From the NCBI GenBank assembly GCA_025786725.1, contig JAHLTZ010000059.1:12975-76974 (forward strand): a stretch of 64,000 bases of DNA. The letters are read 5' to 3'. The notes beneath the pieces were generated by a model. It was given only the letters and a program-made list of their open reading frames with translations. It did not search any database and was not told the origin of the DNA. Position 1 is the stretch's first letter, and each line of letters opens with the position of its first letter. Shown here one piece after another: positions 1 through 13,942 of the stretch. The position numbers and the translations under genes were made by a program. This DNA is from Syncephalis fuscata S228 (taxonomy: Eukaryota; Fungi; Zoopagomycota).

Positions 1-634
1 TAAAAACAAAGCTTAAGGCGTTACTTTATTAAGAAACAATTTGAGATCTCTACAAATAATCAGTATGAGCAATACATAATATTATTAAAATAAATTACTA
101 AATAAATTAATAGCATTATTTGTTTATTTAAAGTTGCGTATGTATAATTGAAGACATAGCTTACCTGTAGATTACAATACAATAAAATAATGCTAAAAAT
201 GAAATATCGAAAATGGATAGTGTTTTATTTGTCTGCAACTTTGCATGCCTTTTATATTTGTGTAGCCTCGGTTATTTTGGTTGAAACTAGCAAATAAAAG
301 AAAAAGAAAATAAAATAAAAAATAGAAAGTAAAAGATAAATGCAAAAGAATATTCGTTTTGCGTAGGCCATGCAGTGGCCATGTTCTATGGTCGATGTTT
401 AAAGCATTGACCATAGTGCTAAATAAAGTTATGTTCAATGGCACCGGAAGGCCATCGTGCTACAATTAGTGCCATGCAAATAGTACGATAGGACTATTTT
501 GCTATACTAATAATAAACATTTTACGTTGCAGAAACACTCTTTGTGCACCCATGCATTGATGCAAATGAGCACATGCACAAGCGTGTATATGTATGTACA
601 CCACGCCTATATGTATAGGATGGTTATCGTCTGA

Positions 635-2276
635 TTAAACGTGCCAGCTAGTGACGGCGCGTCGTTGTTCAATACGCGTGTCACGACCACCATGCTGGCC
701 TAGTTCGTGTAATTCACGCGTTACCGCGACATTGGACGAGACGGGTAACTCGATACTGTGCGGCCGTTCATTACGTAGAACTGGCCGTCCAGCCAGTAAT
801 GAACTATAGTGATAGCCAGATTTTGACTTGTTGCCATTACCAGGTACCGATGAAATAGAGACACGACACGATGTATCATGGTAGTGGTGATGGTGATCGC
901 TGCAACCGTCGTCAAACGATGATTTACGCATGTATAATGCGTGTGTGTGCTGTACGATAAGCATGCTGATGGTGGTGTTGGTGGTGGTGATCACAGTGTG
1001 ACAAAGCGCTATTTACACTGCCAACAGACGGTGCACCCGATGAATTGGCTGCAATACTACGGCGACCACGAGACCACCAATGGCTGCCTGGCTGACCAAA
1101 TGTACCGGCCGGCGAGGGTGCCGCTTTAGATGAGACGTGAGATTCGATAGATGACGATGTAACCGAAGCCAGCGATGTTTGTGATTTATTTTTAGGCGGT
1201 TGTAGTCGTAGTGATTGGCGCTGCGATGACGGTACGCTAAGATGTAATGAAGAGTTGGACACAAATTCAGCCGATACAACAAGCGGTGAGGGCGATGGTG
1301 AGGGCGGTGTTTCTGTTACTATTGCCACGCTTGATGATAAAGAAGATGAAGCACTTTCGCGACTACCACGTAATCTTAAAGTAAGCATACGAGGTGGCAC
1401 CGATGGGCTCATAAGCTCTGAAGGAATATGCAGATCCGGCTCGCTAAGAGTAGACGGCTCTTCAGCTACACTTGTTGTTGCAACGTTAGTGTCGGTGATG
1501 GTAGTGGCTGCTGCGCCATAAGCCATATCTGTAACTATAGCAGGTGTGTTTTTTGTAAGGGATGTACTATTTCTACGCAATGTATCAGCCAGTGATCCAT
1601 GCCGCCATAATGTCTTGCCCAGCATCGTATCAGTAAGTGAACGTTGGCGACGAGTATTACCATTGAATAGATCACTATGTGTATTCTTTTCATTACTCGC
1701 TACCATTTTCTTGCTATCAAATAAAGCATCGGTTTCTGTTTCATCTTGCCGCTGCAATGTATGAAAATCCACCGAATGGCGCATATCATGCTTATTTTTC
1801 TTAGTCTTACTTGACCTTGAAAACCGTTTACGATGGCCGGTAAGACTACGTTTCACAAACCTGGTTAAATTATTCTCACTACTGGCCGATGGCAATGTAT
1901 CCTCATCGTCATTATCATGTTGCTGCCCTTGATATTTATCGGTAATGGTGGTTACACATGGTTCGGACTTTCCATGATGTGCCATCTGTAAATGATCTTT
2001 ACTAATGGCAGCTTGTGCTGCATTATGATGTGTTGGCAATAATGAGAGCGGCTGACTATTGATATCTTGAGAGACGACCGGTTTATGCTCGGTTAGACTG
2101 CCATTAGGCAACCAATCAGCGCCGGTCTGACAAGGCAGCGGCCCTTCCAACGATGTAAAATACATTGGTAGTCGGCGCGATGTCTCATCAATGTCAATAC
2201 TTTGTGTGCGACACATAATAGAGGATAGGAAACGGCGAAGACGTCGCCGCGGTGGCGATGAAGACCGCCGTTTCAT
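635..2276 (-). CDS. Hypothetical Ser/Thr/His-rich, probably disordered protein
   Basis: 450-aa ORF 924..2276 from an ATG. The overlapping ORF 635..994 (RKSSFDDGCSDHHHHYH...ERPHSIELP) looks like its frameshifted C-terminus. No recognisable domain. Confidence 0.55.
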
Positions 2277-4041
2277 GAAAAGCGACTATCTAACTAACCG
2301 ACTAAATAGATGATAAATAAATAACTAGCTAATTAGATAGATAGATAGATAGACTGGTGGATTGGTACCAAGTACCGTTTGTAGTCAATTTCTAGAAAAG
2401 ATGGCACAAATGTAATAATAAACGTGAATGCTAATGGCTATCAATGATCAATAGGTTGTATAAAATTAGGGAAAACATAGATGGCCTATTGAATGTGATA
2501 AGCAACGTATCGATTATAAAATTGTAATAATAACAATAGCAATAATCACTACAATTACTACTACGGCTACTACGGCTACGATAAATGGGAGGCGAAAATT
2601 GTATAAAATTAAAGGATTGGTAAGAATGCTTTTTAAACACAAAATAAAGAGTATGGTCGTGCGGTTAAATCAAGGATGAATCAAGGTGGCAGTGACTGCG
2701 TGGTATTTAAAAAGCCTGTCGTGATGTTGTTTTGAATGTGGGGAGAGATAATGAAAGAGCAAGTTGATGAAATAGCTACGCGCTTAAAGGAAACTTCCAT
2801 TCGTCAAAACAAGGAATCTCAATGCCGCCAGGTCCTATGTATATCAACGTACGTGTGGACGTGCATGTACATTTATATGGTAATAACGGTGTTGTTAATC
2901 ACAAATCACTTGTTGTGTAATTCAATTTATTGCTGCATTGGCAAGAACAACAACAGTACACAGACAATAACAACAATAACAATATCAATAAAACTGACCG
3001 TAAAAATGGCTGTGACAACTTGTAAAAGGCCAAATAACCGGTAAATGGATCAGTTCTTGTATATCGAGCACCAAAAGTCGAGGCGTAAGCATGAGATTTG
3101 CGCGCCAATGAAATGTTAGCAATGTGGTAGAAAAGGAGGATCCTATTTGGTGTGTGTGTGTACTTGTGTATCAGGAGCCACTATAGCTCGTGTGGGTGTA
3201 TGTATGTGTATGTGGCTGTTTGTTTGGCCACATGTCATCCACGATAATGATAATAATTATTACTTGAACAATTACATGTGGCGACTACACTCTTCCTTCC
3301 TTCTAGAGTAGCCATTTTTCGACCAGCTGTGCCGATGTTGTAACACGCAATAAACGAGTCGATGACAGTATTTATTACTAGCAAGTCGATTACTCGATAT
3401 TTTGGCATAACCACATCATATCAATGTATTTATATTGTAAAGTCATTAGTATCTCTATTATGATTATTATTATTAGCGAGTTATACAAAGGCCAGTACAC
3501 AAATAGTTGCAAATCAAAGGGCTTTTATTACACCACTGTGATATGGACCCATGTTGTTTGCTTAAACGTAGTACTAAAAACAATCTCGTTTAGTAAACAG
3601 TAAAACAGCCACAGTATACCAAGGCCAAATCTACTAAATTGGACCATCTCGCCTTGTAATATGTGTGTGTGTGTGTGGTGTGTTATGTGCACCAATATGT
3701 GTGGTGAGATTATATTTGTCTTTATTCCTCGTAACTACCCATTTTGTATGGCTGTCTATTCATTAACATGACATCATATAGCAATCCGCCTTGACTCTAG
3801 TGCATATGCATGCCTATATATACTCGTGCCATTCCTCTCTCTATAGTTATATAACCAGTTCTGCCTATCACAACATCTCGGCCCATCTGGCTAGACTCAC
3901 GAGTGCATAAAAGCATGAATGGCAAGTTTAAGGGGAATTAATTAAATTACCAAATTGGGTAATCTAAGTAATGCGTGCTGATCAATTTATTAGACAAAGT
4001 TTATTCAGCCAATTGCTTTATTCTAAATAGTGCCAATCCAT

Positions 4042-6149
4042 TCAATTGGGCGTGCCTTGAGGTTTAGTTTTACGCCGTTGCACATAAGCTCGCACCTGGA
4101 CATGTCCTTCATCGGTGACTACAAGCATTCGTTTATTCTTGCTATACCATGTCACTACACCGAGTTCTTGAGCATATTGCAGCACCGTATCAAAGTCTTG
4201 TTGTCGCGCAAATTGTTGATATAGAAATCCTATTAATACATAGCTATCATAAGCACTTGCAATCTATGGTAATATGAATAGCCACTTACCATGAGTAGGC
4301 TGTAAGCGATTCTTCTCCATCTCCCATAAACGAATTTGATCCACAACGGTTAATGGCAAAATGGGTGTCTAGATGCAAGTTAATCAATTAATTAATCAAT
4401 TATTTTATTTACTGTTCATGTCACTTACTTGTTGTCGCATAAGTGGATGGGCATGTGAAGATAAATAAGTTACAATCTATGATGTTTTAGAATAAGTAAC
4501 CTTTAATCTATATCTCTATTACTATTACCTGATCGGACGTAATACCATTGGCCAGAGCCGAACGAATGCTTTCACGGGTAACAGCACCGCATACCATATT
4601 TTGAAATCGACTGCGCATTGTGCAAAATAAGCTCAACACAGCAATTTGTAACGGAGAATCTACAATGCATTCCAATATTATCAATAGTTAGATAAATTGA
4701 CTTGACAAATTCTACTCACCAGTATAAGCATAGACTCGATAGTTTGTTTCAAGAATAATATAGCCGCTTTCACCTTGTTCTGACGCCAGTGTGGCCGAGT
4801 GGCCTGACGCCAGGGTAATCGCCAGTCTAGTTGGATAATAGCGTCGAGATCCTTTCTATATCATACTTTTAGTAAGTCATAGATGTTGCTGCACCAACAC
4901 TGTCTACAACCTTTCTTCGATAACAAAGACCATAGTCTTGGAGGTCATCGAGCATTCTTCGCTGTGTATCGGTTAATGGCTCAACAGAGTAATCCTACAC
5001 ACTCAATATAAGCTTTAATCGCCCTTGGTATCTATCATTGCCTACTTTGCCTAGTTCAAGTGTGCCCAATTGAAATAGAAAGTTGAGCACTTCTACTAAA
5101 TCCATGCCCAGATCCTAGCCGTCTTTTAGCCTATTTAAATTCTTTTCATGCTGTCCATGTCTTTATTTACCTGAACCATATCTAGATATTGCAGTAGAAA
5201 TGCCCACATTTGTGTATTGACATCTTGTAGTAAAAATTGAAATCCCTTATTGGTGATGGCCATAGACACCGAGTCGGCATCGCCCGTATGACTAGTTCAG
5301 TTAGTTTCATCGCTCGTAATTGCCTATCATCTTTATTACCTTGATGCCATAAGACCGGAACGGCGAAGTAGATTCAATGCTGCTCGGCCCGGTCGTTTTG
5401 TCACCGCAGTACCAATCATAAAATGCAAAATGGCCTATTCCATATTGATTATTATCGCCATACCCTTTATATTATTGCTTACCTCCCATTGTTGTGTGGC
5501 ATAACTATCTAGAAATGCTTCATCAACTGAATGTTTATCGGGCACTTGACATGGCACACCAAATGTACCATGCTCACCTCTATAATAATAACAATAATAA
5601 TCCACAACAAGTAAACAACACGTCAATTTACTATTGCTTATTAATTCAATTTAATACTTACCCGCCAGTTAGTGCATTACGCAATTCACGACCAAATACA
5701 ACATTCATACGTAATTTGTTTTCAGCTGCGTTACTATTATTTTTGCTACTATCGGCATGTTCGATAATATGAAGTCTAACTAGTTTCTGTAGACTTTCGT
5801 TGAATGTTCTATTACGATATTGCAGAATAGCTGTTAAAAGCCAAATCAATACAAGTGCTGCTCACTTACTCTGCGTATTCTTGGAAACAACGCGCAGCAA
5901 TATCAGCTGCTGCTACGTCACCTTGTATATAAAGTAAGGACATAACGAGCTGCTTGGCAAGATTCGGCAGCAATCTATCGTGGACCTTGGATTAGTCCAA
6001 GCTAGTCATGATATTGAATCTTACCGAAATACGGCCAGACAAGACGCTGGACTCTGGTAGAGTCGCTGGCATGTTTGTGCTGGTAACGTTTCTAAATACT
6101 CATCGATGGCGGTGCGGAAATGCGAATGCTCGCTATCTGCGGCCGGCAT
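4042..6149 (-). CDS. TFB2: TFIIH core subunit Tfb2/p52 (multi-exon)
   Basis: Exons read [121 protein letters not shown] introns; stop at 4042-4044. Confidence 0.93.
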
Positions 6150-6233
6150 GACTAAAGCAATACTGCGTATGCCGCAAATAATACACTACGCGACAATAAA
6201 AGAAGATTGTTTAGTAGCTAGTATGATAGTTGC

Positions 6234-6259
6234 AATAATAATAATAATAATAATAATAA
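6234..6259. repeat. (AAT)n microsatellite
   Basis: Tandem AAT run upstream of TFB2. Confidence 0.85.
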
Positions 6260-6436
6260 CGGTGTAATAAAAGAAAGCACAATTAAAAATGATACCTCGG
6301 CTTATTGCTATTCTATTAAAACATTTACTTTGTAGAAACGTTATTTACTACAAAATATACATTCATATCAATTAATGTATATTGGTCACGTCTTAGTAAT
6401 AAATATATAAAACATAGCAGCTTTAATTAACGTCTA

Positions 6437-7785
6437 TTAAGGGCGCCAATAAGATTGAACATGATCAGAATCATTCGGTAATCCAAATCCTTCTGTAATC
6501 TTGGTAGTTAAATAGCGTAGATCTTGTCCCATGACCGTAATACGTATGCTGTAATCAACAGCCTGTGGATGTTCTTGTGCTGCTTTGGTTAGAGTACATC
6601 GACCAAAAGCACTATTAACAATCCACAGATCGTTGGTATCGTGGTCGACAAATCGAACAAATCCTTTGACCCGATATACTTGATCGGTGGGCAGCGATGC
6701 AAGGAATGTTTCAAGTGTAGAACGGGTTAGCGAACTTGCAACAGACGCTGCAAGTGTTAGTTGAACAATATCGATTTCACGTGCATGGTGGTGTCGTAGC
6801 TGTTCTATTGCTTCGAAATCTGTTGGTTGTTGACGTGAAAATAGTGGCGTATCAAGACCAAATGCCATCTGCGGTGATAGTCCTTGAGTCAAATCAACCT
6901 TAAGTTTAGGTGTATCCGTATTAAGATCGTTGACATGATCAATAACTTTATCTAGATGACGTTCATCGACCTAATCATACAATATAATAGTGTTTATTGC
7001 GCAATGACTATTAATAAAAATACACCACTTACCAGCTCGTGTTTATTAAGTATAATGAGATCGGTGTATTTGGCCTGCATCTTTGCTGTATATGATGTGT
7101 CTTCATATCCCATGAAATTAACGCAATCAATTACAGTTAAAATGGCATCGAGGACAAATCCATTCGATGCCATTTCGCGTATTTGCCATGCAATAGGCGC
7201 TAATAAATGATAATTGCAATTAATACTTGATGAACAGCATTAGCATTATTTACTTGCCTGGAAATGCTGATCCACTTGTCTCGACAATAACACGATCTGG
7301 ATTATATTTTTCTATTTCATTTAACATAATCATTAGATTAAGCAGATAGCTGACCGCTGTTCATTGGCTATGTCTTATATAATCTATTATGATATTTATA
7401 TACCTTGAAGTTCAAGCAATGCATTCTTCATTTGTCCAACCAAAACACAGCATAAACAGCCATTAAGCATTTCCTGGATCTATTAGTATATATATATATA
7501 TATAAGTCATTCAATACTATAGAAGCAATAAAAGTTCCTACAGCAACGTTGCTATCTCGTACTAGCGCACTATCCACCTCAACGTCGCCAAATTCATTTT
7601 TAAGAACCACTAGTCAAAATAAATACAGCAATTCATAGTATGTTATAGTAAATACTTACCAATCTTATAATCACTGGGCACTTTACTAAGCAAAGATAAA
7701 ATAATACTTGTTTTTCCAGCACCTAGGAATCCTGTAAACACAGTAACTGGCACAGTTTTAGTGTTGTGGTTATTTAGATAGTCAT
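6437..7785 (-). CDS. CobW/COG0523-family G3E P-loop GTPase (putative zinc metallochaperone)
   Basis: VPVTVFTGFLGAGKT (Walker A), VLKNEFGDVEVD, NGCLCC (CxCC), IVETSG, ILNKHEL, and CobW C-terminal VYRVKGFVRF. The start ATG at 7783-7785 needs a one-base correction. Confidence 0.9.
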
Positions 7786-8620
7786 GGCTGCAAAGACGTG
7801 ATGGAAATGTATAAAGTTAGCTTATTTAAAATAAGAAAACAGACAGTAAAATACGTTGTTTGCCATTTGCCAGCTTTTAAGTTGAAATAGAAACTATGGC
7901 TAAATGACCTATTAAACAACTAATATCATAAATGACAATGTATATATTAAAGCAATAATAGAAATAACTAATTAATTACATTATTATACCAATAATTACA
8001 TATAAATTAATTAATGTTGGATGTAATATTATACATGTTACAGTGGTGGATAAGTGTTTAATTGTATTTAAAAGTATTAAGAAAAATGAAATGAAATGAG
8101 TAAATAAAGATATGGATAACGTATAATAATCATTCAAAACACAATAGCAAAGCAGAGGTCTTTTTCTTTACATTAAAAGTATGTTTGGACCTGAAAACAA
8201 GATTCCCGTCTTATTTCTACTTCTAATCATTGCGATCATACTTCGCTTCTAAGTCGGAAGCAAGCCAGTTTGCGTCATAAATCCTTAATAGAGGCCGCGC
8301 TAACTCGTCGAACTAACCAAGTAACGGGTAAACATTTTGACAAACAACTAGTTTAGTTAGTAACATTATATTTTTACTTATGTTTATTCTGTTATTGGCG
8401 TTATTAAACAATAGCTCCCTCTGACTGTAACGATCAGAATGGCTCATTAAACGTAAATGATGATATAGATAAGGATGGTTGTTTACAAAGGAGGTGGCAG
8501 TTAAAACACTTCACTGGTTACTTGAACATTATACGACGCAAGCATCCAATCATTTGACATCAAGTGTAGAAAAAAGTATGTTAAAACAGTCTTATTGATT
8601 GCATCTACTTATCCAAGATA

Positions 8621-9638
8621 TTGGTGCAAATAGAACTTTGCGAAGCAGCACTAATTGCTGATCAGGCCGTGTTTGAAAAAAGATGTCAAAAATACATGGC
8701 CGAACTGGAGGAAGTCAAGAATACAATAGCACAGGATCGACCATCACATCCTGATGCTCGTCTATCGGTAATTACAGCCGTGTTAGTGATACACGCGGCA
8801 ACTCCACGTAACCCGTCGGAAATACCTTGGCATAGTATGAAACGAGCTATTTGTTTATGGGATCGCTTACACTTTAGCTATCTGGCACTGGCAAGAAGTA
8901 AAGAAGGTCATGTGCTGCCTTCGCTGCCACTGATCGATATGGGCGATTGGGAGAAGTGTGATGATTTTCAGTTTGTTTCAATGGCTCTACGGCGCGAGGT
9001 AGGTGATGAACAATGGACAATAGGCTATAGACACTGACTGGAGCGGTTTATACACTTATGTTTAGTTTGCCTTACATGTAGTGGCTGAATCATGGTCAGA
9101 TACAACTCGGTGTATGGCAACGCTGAATTGGCTATTTCCATCTAAAACACGGAATGATGGTTACGATACAATTAAGCAGCAGTTACAGATAGATGAATTG
9201 TATTTGCAACGGAATTTAATGCAAATAACAGCTGGTGATTTAAATCAGCCATTTTTACCATTACAAAATGTTGATAATATTCGATCAGAGTTGATTAATT
9301 TGTTACATACCATGACGGAATATGCACGAAAACATTCGATTGGCAGGTAAGTGGTTTGCAATAGCGAATATAGAATGACTAGTTAATTAGCTTTAATGGC
9401 CTGTGTTATTAAAAGTGTTGCCGAACAAAATAAATGGGGTGTTACCCAGTGTCCAGCATTTGCGAAAGCGGCTAGACGTGTTAGTTGGCTATCGATACGG
9501 CGTACGGTTCGTCATCAGCTAGTATGGCTACTTAAACAATTGCAAATAGAATACATAGCCAGTAATAATTTTCTTGAAGAGCAGCAGCTATTGGGTATTG
9601 CTGATAGTGATGATGTATTAACACGGGTATGGAATTAA
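8621..9638 (+). CDS. Hypothetical protein (multi-exon, 5' end uncertain)
   Basis: Three consecutive same-strand ORFs with protein-like composition and GT donors at ~8999 and ~9347. No recognised family. Confidence 0.5.
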
Positions 9639-9842
9639 TATGATGTTAAATGTCGCTAAACTTTATTTAGATTGCTAAATGGGACGTTTGGAATCAAGAA
9701 CAACTGAATGCGTTGCAAATGGTAGAATAATAAAACATAATTGATATATTGGTAAAAAGCAATAGTGTAATAATGGTTGTTAGATAGTTATTATCATAAG
9801 CGCAATAATAGTATATCAATAATTATTTAATCAATTCAAGTC

Positions 9843-11113
9843 GATTCAGGTACAAAGCTTGTAATAAGTGTTGTTTTCTTATTCATCAATAGCATGTGCC
9901 GAATGCAAGTCTAAAATAATACACCTTGATATTGGAAATGGATAAACGTTTACATTCCCTGTTACAATATCAATAATGCAACATTGGTTAGTGGTATAAC
10001 TATAGCCAATAATTTTTGTATCAATGAGGTTCTGAAATTGACAAAATGTATCACATAGGGTGCTTATATCAATGCTACGCTGGATCTTTCCATCAATAAT
10101 GAAATGATAACCAGTGGCAGACTGCATGTCGTGTAAAATGCGACCAAATATGTGCAGGAATTAAAAGCACCTTTCATAACTATTGATGGATAAAAACATT
10201 CAAAAATAGTTCCTTGCTTAAGAAACTACTCTGATGTAACGCTGCCAACTTTTTACACTGTCATTCAAAGCACTTTTATGTTGGCAAAAGCAGCAGAAAA
10301 ACAATACACATCACCGTCAATCAAATAGGCTTCTAATTGCTGCGTGGATGCGTCGTTGGGCAAATTCAAACGTTTTGATGCAATTTCAGTTATTTTCGGT
10401 GTATCGTAATTGGTCATCAACAAATTGGCATCAGGAGTCAATAGAACGCGTATTATCTTATACAAGCTTGCCATTCCCAAAACAACGTATTGCAGGAGGA
10501 CTATTTCGTTATTGTTTACCGTATGTATTTTAAACATATTATATTGGCCAATGTTCAATACATTAATGCGCTGAGGCTCATCTACTTGCAATTTTGAAAG
10601 ATTCCTATAGAACAGCTTAGTGATGCCATTGCTTTGCTATTGGAACAATAACATGGACGCATTTATAATTCTACCATCCCAATCGCCATTGAGATTGATA
10701 GACTGTAGCAGTTGGCGATGATTTGTGTTCCATACTTGAAGTACCTCTGGAGTGTTTCCAGCGTATTTTGAATGTAGAATTAAACGCAAATCTTTATCGT
10801 TGCCATTTACTTGCTGTCGATATTGATAAAACCTTATGGCTTTTATCGCTTTTAGATGGGTTTTATCCAGATCTAGTGGATATGTTTTGGCTGTATTTGT
10901 CGACAAGAGTTCAATCAAATCAATATCCCAATCTCGGCCAGTTGATATTGCAAACCAGCCAGGATAACTTGCAATAATTGCTGGCAAGTAATTTCTAAAC
11001 TTATTATTTGAGTCATAACAAATGATTTTAAATGTACTGTTGATGTTGGCTTGTTTTTTGCCAATTAAACCCGTGCCAATACGCTGGCTGTATAATATCT
11101 GTACTTTTGACAA
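9843..11113 (-). pseudogene. 5'-truncated copy of the F-box-like gene at 24.3-25.9 kb
   Basis: 9843..11094 is the near-identical reverse complement of 24622..25877 (same LDKTHLKAIKAIRFYQY and IDISTLCDTFCQF peptides). Fragmented frames; lacks the F-box-like N-terminus. Confidence 0.75.
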
Positions 11114-11578
11114 TATTAATGATGTACTTGCAAATGATATATTCGGCTACATTACCAACATAAATTGTTACACTGTTCACACACATGATTACTATTTAAA
11201 TAAAATCATTATTATAACCACGTCCATTCATTTTTATGCTTAATATAACAACTTGTACAAAATTGGTGTTAACATACCTACACGGCTAATGATTGTTGAT
11301 TGTTAAATACAGATAAGCCTTGACATAAATATAATAACTTAATCAAATATAATTAAAATGGAACCATGTGTTTATTATTGCAGTTTGTACGACTGAATAG
11401 GTACAGTTATGTGCATACTTGCTGATAATCCAATGATACCATTGATTAGAGAGTGAATAAACCAGAGCACTGACTGAAACTTGCTGTATGAATGGGCTGA
11501 ACGGCAAAGGTAGGATGGTCTTGTTTCCACAAAATATATACCAAAAATATGTTAGCTGGTAATTCAATTATGCAAGCT

Positions 11579-11803
11579 TTAAATGACTGGAGCCGTTACC
11601 GCCTGTGCCAACGTGAGCGTATATGCCTTGGTAGCTAGGGGTAGCGCCATCTTCAAGCAGCTAGCACAATAACCTTCAAAATTTCGACATTCGCAAGAGT
11701 CAAAGTTTTCACGACGGGCTAGAGCTGGCTTGGCATCCACCATGACTGTAGTAGCTACAAAAGCCACGACGACGGTGCAAACGACGGCAATGGAAAGCTG
11801 CAT
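11579..11803 (-). CDS. Small secreted Cys-containing propeptide (effector-like)
   Basis: MQLSIAVVCTVVVAFVATTVMVDA signal peptide, KPALARR pro-region with dibasic site, then ENFDSCECRNFEGYCASC. C-terminus uncertain because of a possible indel. Confidence 0.65.
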   Translation of the reverse strand: MQLSIAVVCTVVVAFVATTVMVDAKPALARRENFDSCECRNFEGYCASCLKMALPLATKAYTLTLAQAVTAPVI

Positions 11804-13942
11804 GGTAATGTTGACTTGTTGAAACAAAGTAGAGCAAAAAGTAGGAAGCGGTAGTTTAAAGTAGATAGTTGCAAGTACTTGCCAGCAAGTAAAAAATGAT
11901 AACCTAATGTATGTGGTTTCCTAGAGTAGATAGAATAAATGTTTAGTAGAAAGCAGAATGTGGTGATAATGTCACTGGTCAGTTGTGTGCATTTTGTGGG
12001 CTATTTAACATATTTGTGTTATGGAAGTGTTCAATCAATGCATAGAGCAGCGAACATTAGTTTATTACTTAATTTAGTAATATAGTTGCCAAATAATTAA
12101 TGATGGGAAAACATTAATAATATATTTATAAATGTATGTATTGCATTTAAGGAAATACTAAATAAGATATTTATAATAATGTTTTGGTTATTGTGTGAAT
12201 TTTATGGGTTATTCAACTTTCTAACTACGCTAAAGCGCCAAGAAATGCATTGTATTAACTATTCCATTGCGCGTTAATAAAATCAATATCAACACTCACA
12301 TGCAATTTGAATTGTGTTTATACCGATATACCAATGGTATGCTATTATACAATAACTAATTAACTCAGCCTACTCAGACATCTGAAATAGCAATACCGGT
12401 AATTCAATGCGTATATTGCAGGGATGTATATATTAACCTGGGTTCTATTACGCAATTTGGTCATTTAACGATATAACCTGTAATTCACAAAAAATAATGA
12501 CTACTTTGCTGTCCCTTCTATCAATTCAAGCATCAGTATTTATATATAACCAAGCCAACACAATACTAATGCATTAACAAATTTAATAAAATATACGGCA
12601 TTTTGCACAAACATATACTTTTGTGCATAAACCAGCCATACCTTTTCAAATCATAAAAATTACTGATTGGTTCACAAATTTATTTAATTCAACACTATAA
12701 GAACTATTACATAAATAACTAGTGTTTGAATTTATAAATACGTTATATCCAAGTATACAAATGCCAAAAATTGTGCTATCTCCGACACTTCATACGATAG
12801 CTAATCGGAATTAGCTAAGAATTAGTTGTGCAATAGAAACTATTGTAGTGCAATACATCGCTATATCTTAAGAAATAATCATTTCACTCAATCATTGACG
12901 ACATTAACGTTTGACTGTAAAATAAGCTGTATTTATTAAATTACATACAACACAATTTTTAAAACTAAATACACACATCATACAGTATCAGACAAATAAT
13001 ATTAGTGTTGAATGTACAGCGGTAGCGGACCGCATATTAATCAATAATCACTCAAAATCTAGTTGATAATATATGTTCAAAAACATGACTCTGATAATAG
13101 ATTAAACAAAGTTTTCGACAAAATAACAAACTAAAACAGAGGTTAATGAAAAGCATTTGGTAATACAAGTATTAATGGTTCAGCTTAATAGCAAACTATT
13201 ACAGGTATGCCAGCCTGTATTGGGTTTAATAAATTTAACTAGTGTTGATGCAGTTAAAAAGACAATGCTAAGCAGAAGTGAGTTATAAAAAAAAGAAAAC
13301 ATTGCGTATAATACCTAATAATTTAATTACTTTCTAAAATTAAATTAGCAAAACCTAATGATTAAATAACATATTATTATTTGTAGTATTTATTTATAAA
13401 TGTTTTAATATTTGTGTCATATATTGACTTAGTCAAAATGACAACAGCGCGATCATATACGCAATTCATAAAAGCCACAACATATGGTCAAAACGTTTAA
13501 TTATATATTAACAAGAACTTGGTGTACAATAAAAGAAGCTATACAGTGCTTGATTTTTAGCTTGTAATTGTATATTTGGTGTTGATATAACTGCAGCCAA
13601 AAGAACATAAACTAAACACAACTTTTACATTAAATCAAACCATTAATGATGATTCTACTATAACATTATATATTTATTAATTAATAAAATCAAAGAATGA
13701 CGTGTTTTTTTGTTACCATTTTTATAAAATATACTTTTCTTTTTTCTTCACGTTAATTGCTACTTTTTGTTTCAACTTTAATGGTTATTGTTACTACAAC
13801 TGCTATAGTTGTTATAAATAGTATTATATTTCTATAGTCGCGCCATAGTTTAACATACTCAAGTATTGAGACAGCAGTAGCACCTGCATAAACTAGCTTG
13901 ATCATTGAATAGTCCCGCTACTTGGTGTATGCACAATTTGTG

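Noticed and set aside
6437-7785. Functional link between the CobW zinc chaperone and the His-rich peptides (zincophore system)
   Set aside because: They are 42 kb apart with many unrelated genes between, and no ZIP transporter is seen.
11830-13900. Long AT-rich intergenic tracts (also 62450..64000)
   Set aside because: No ORF, RNA gene or repeat structure could be supported by eye.
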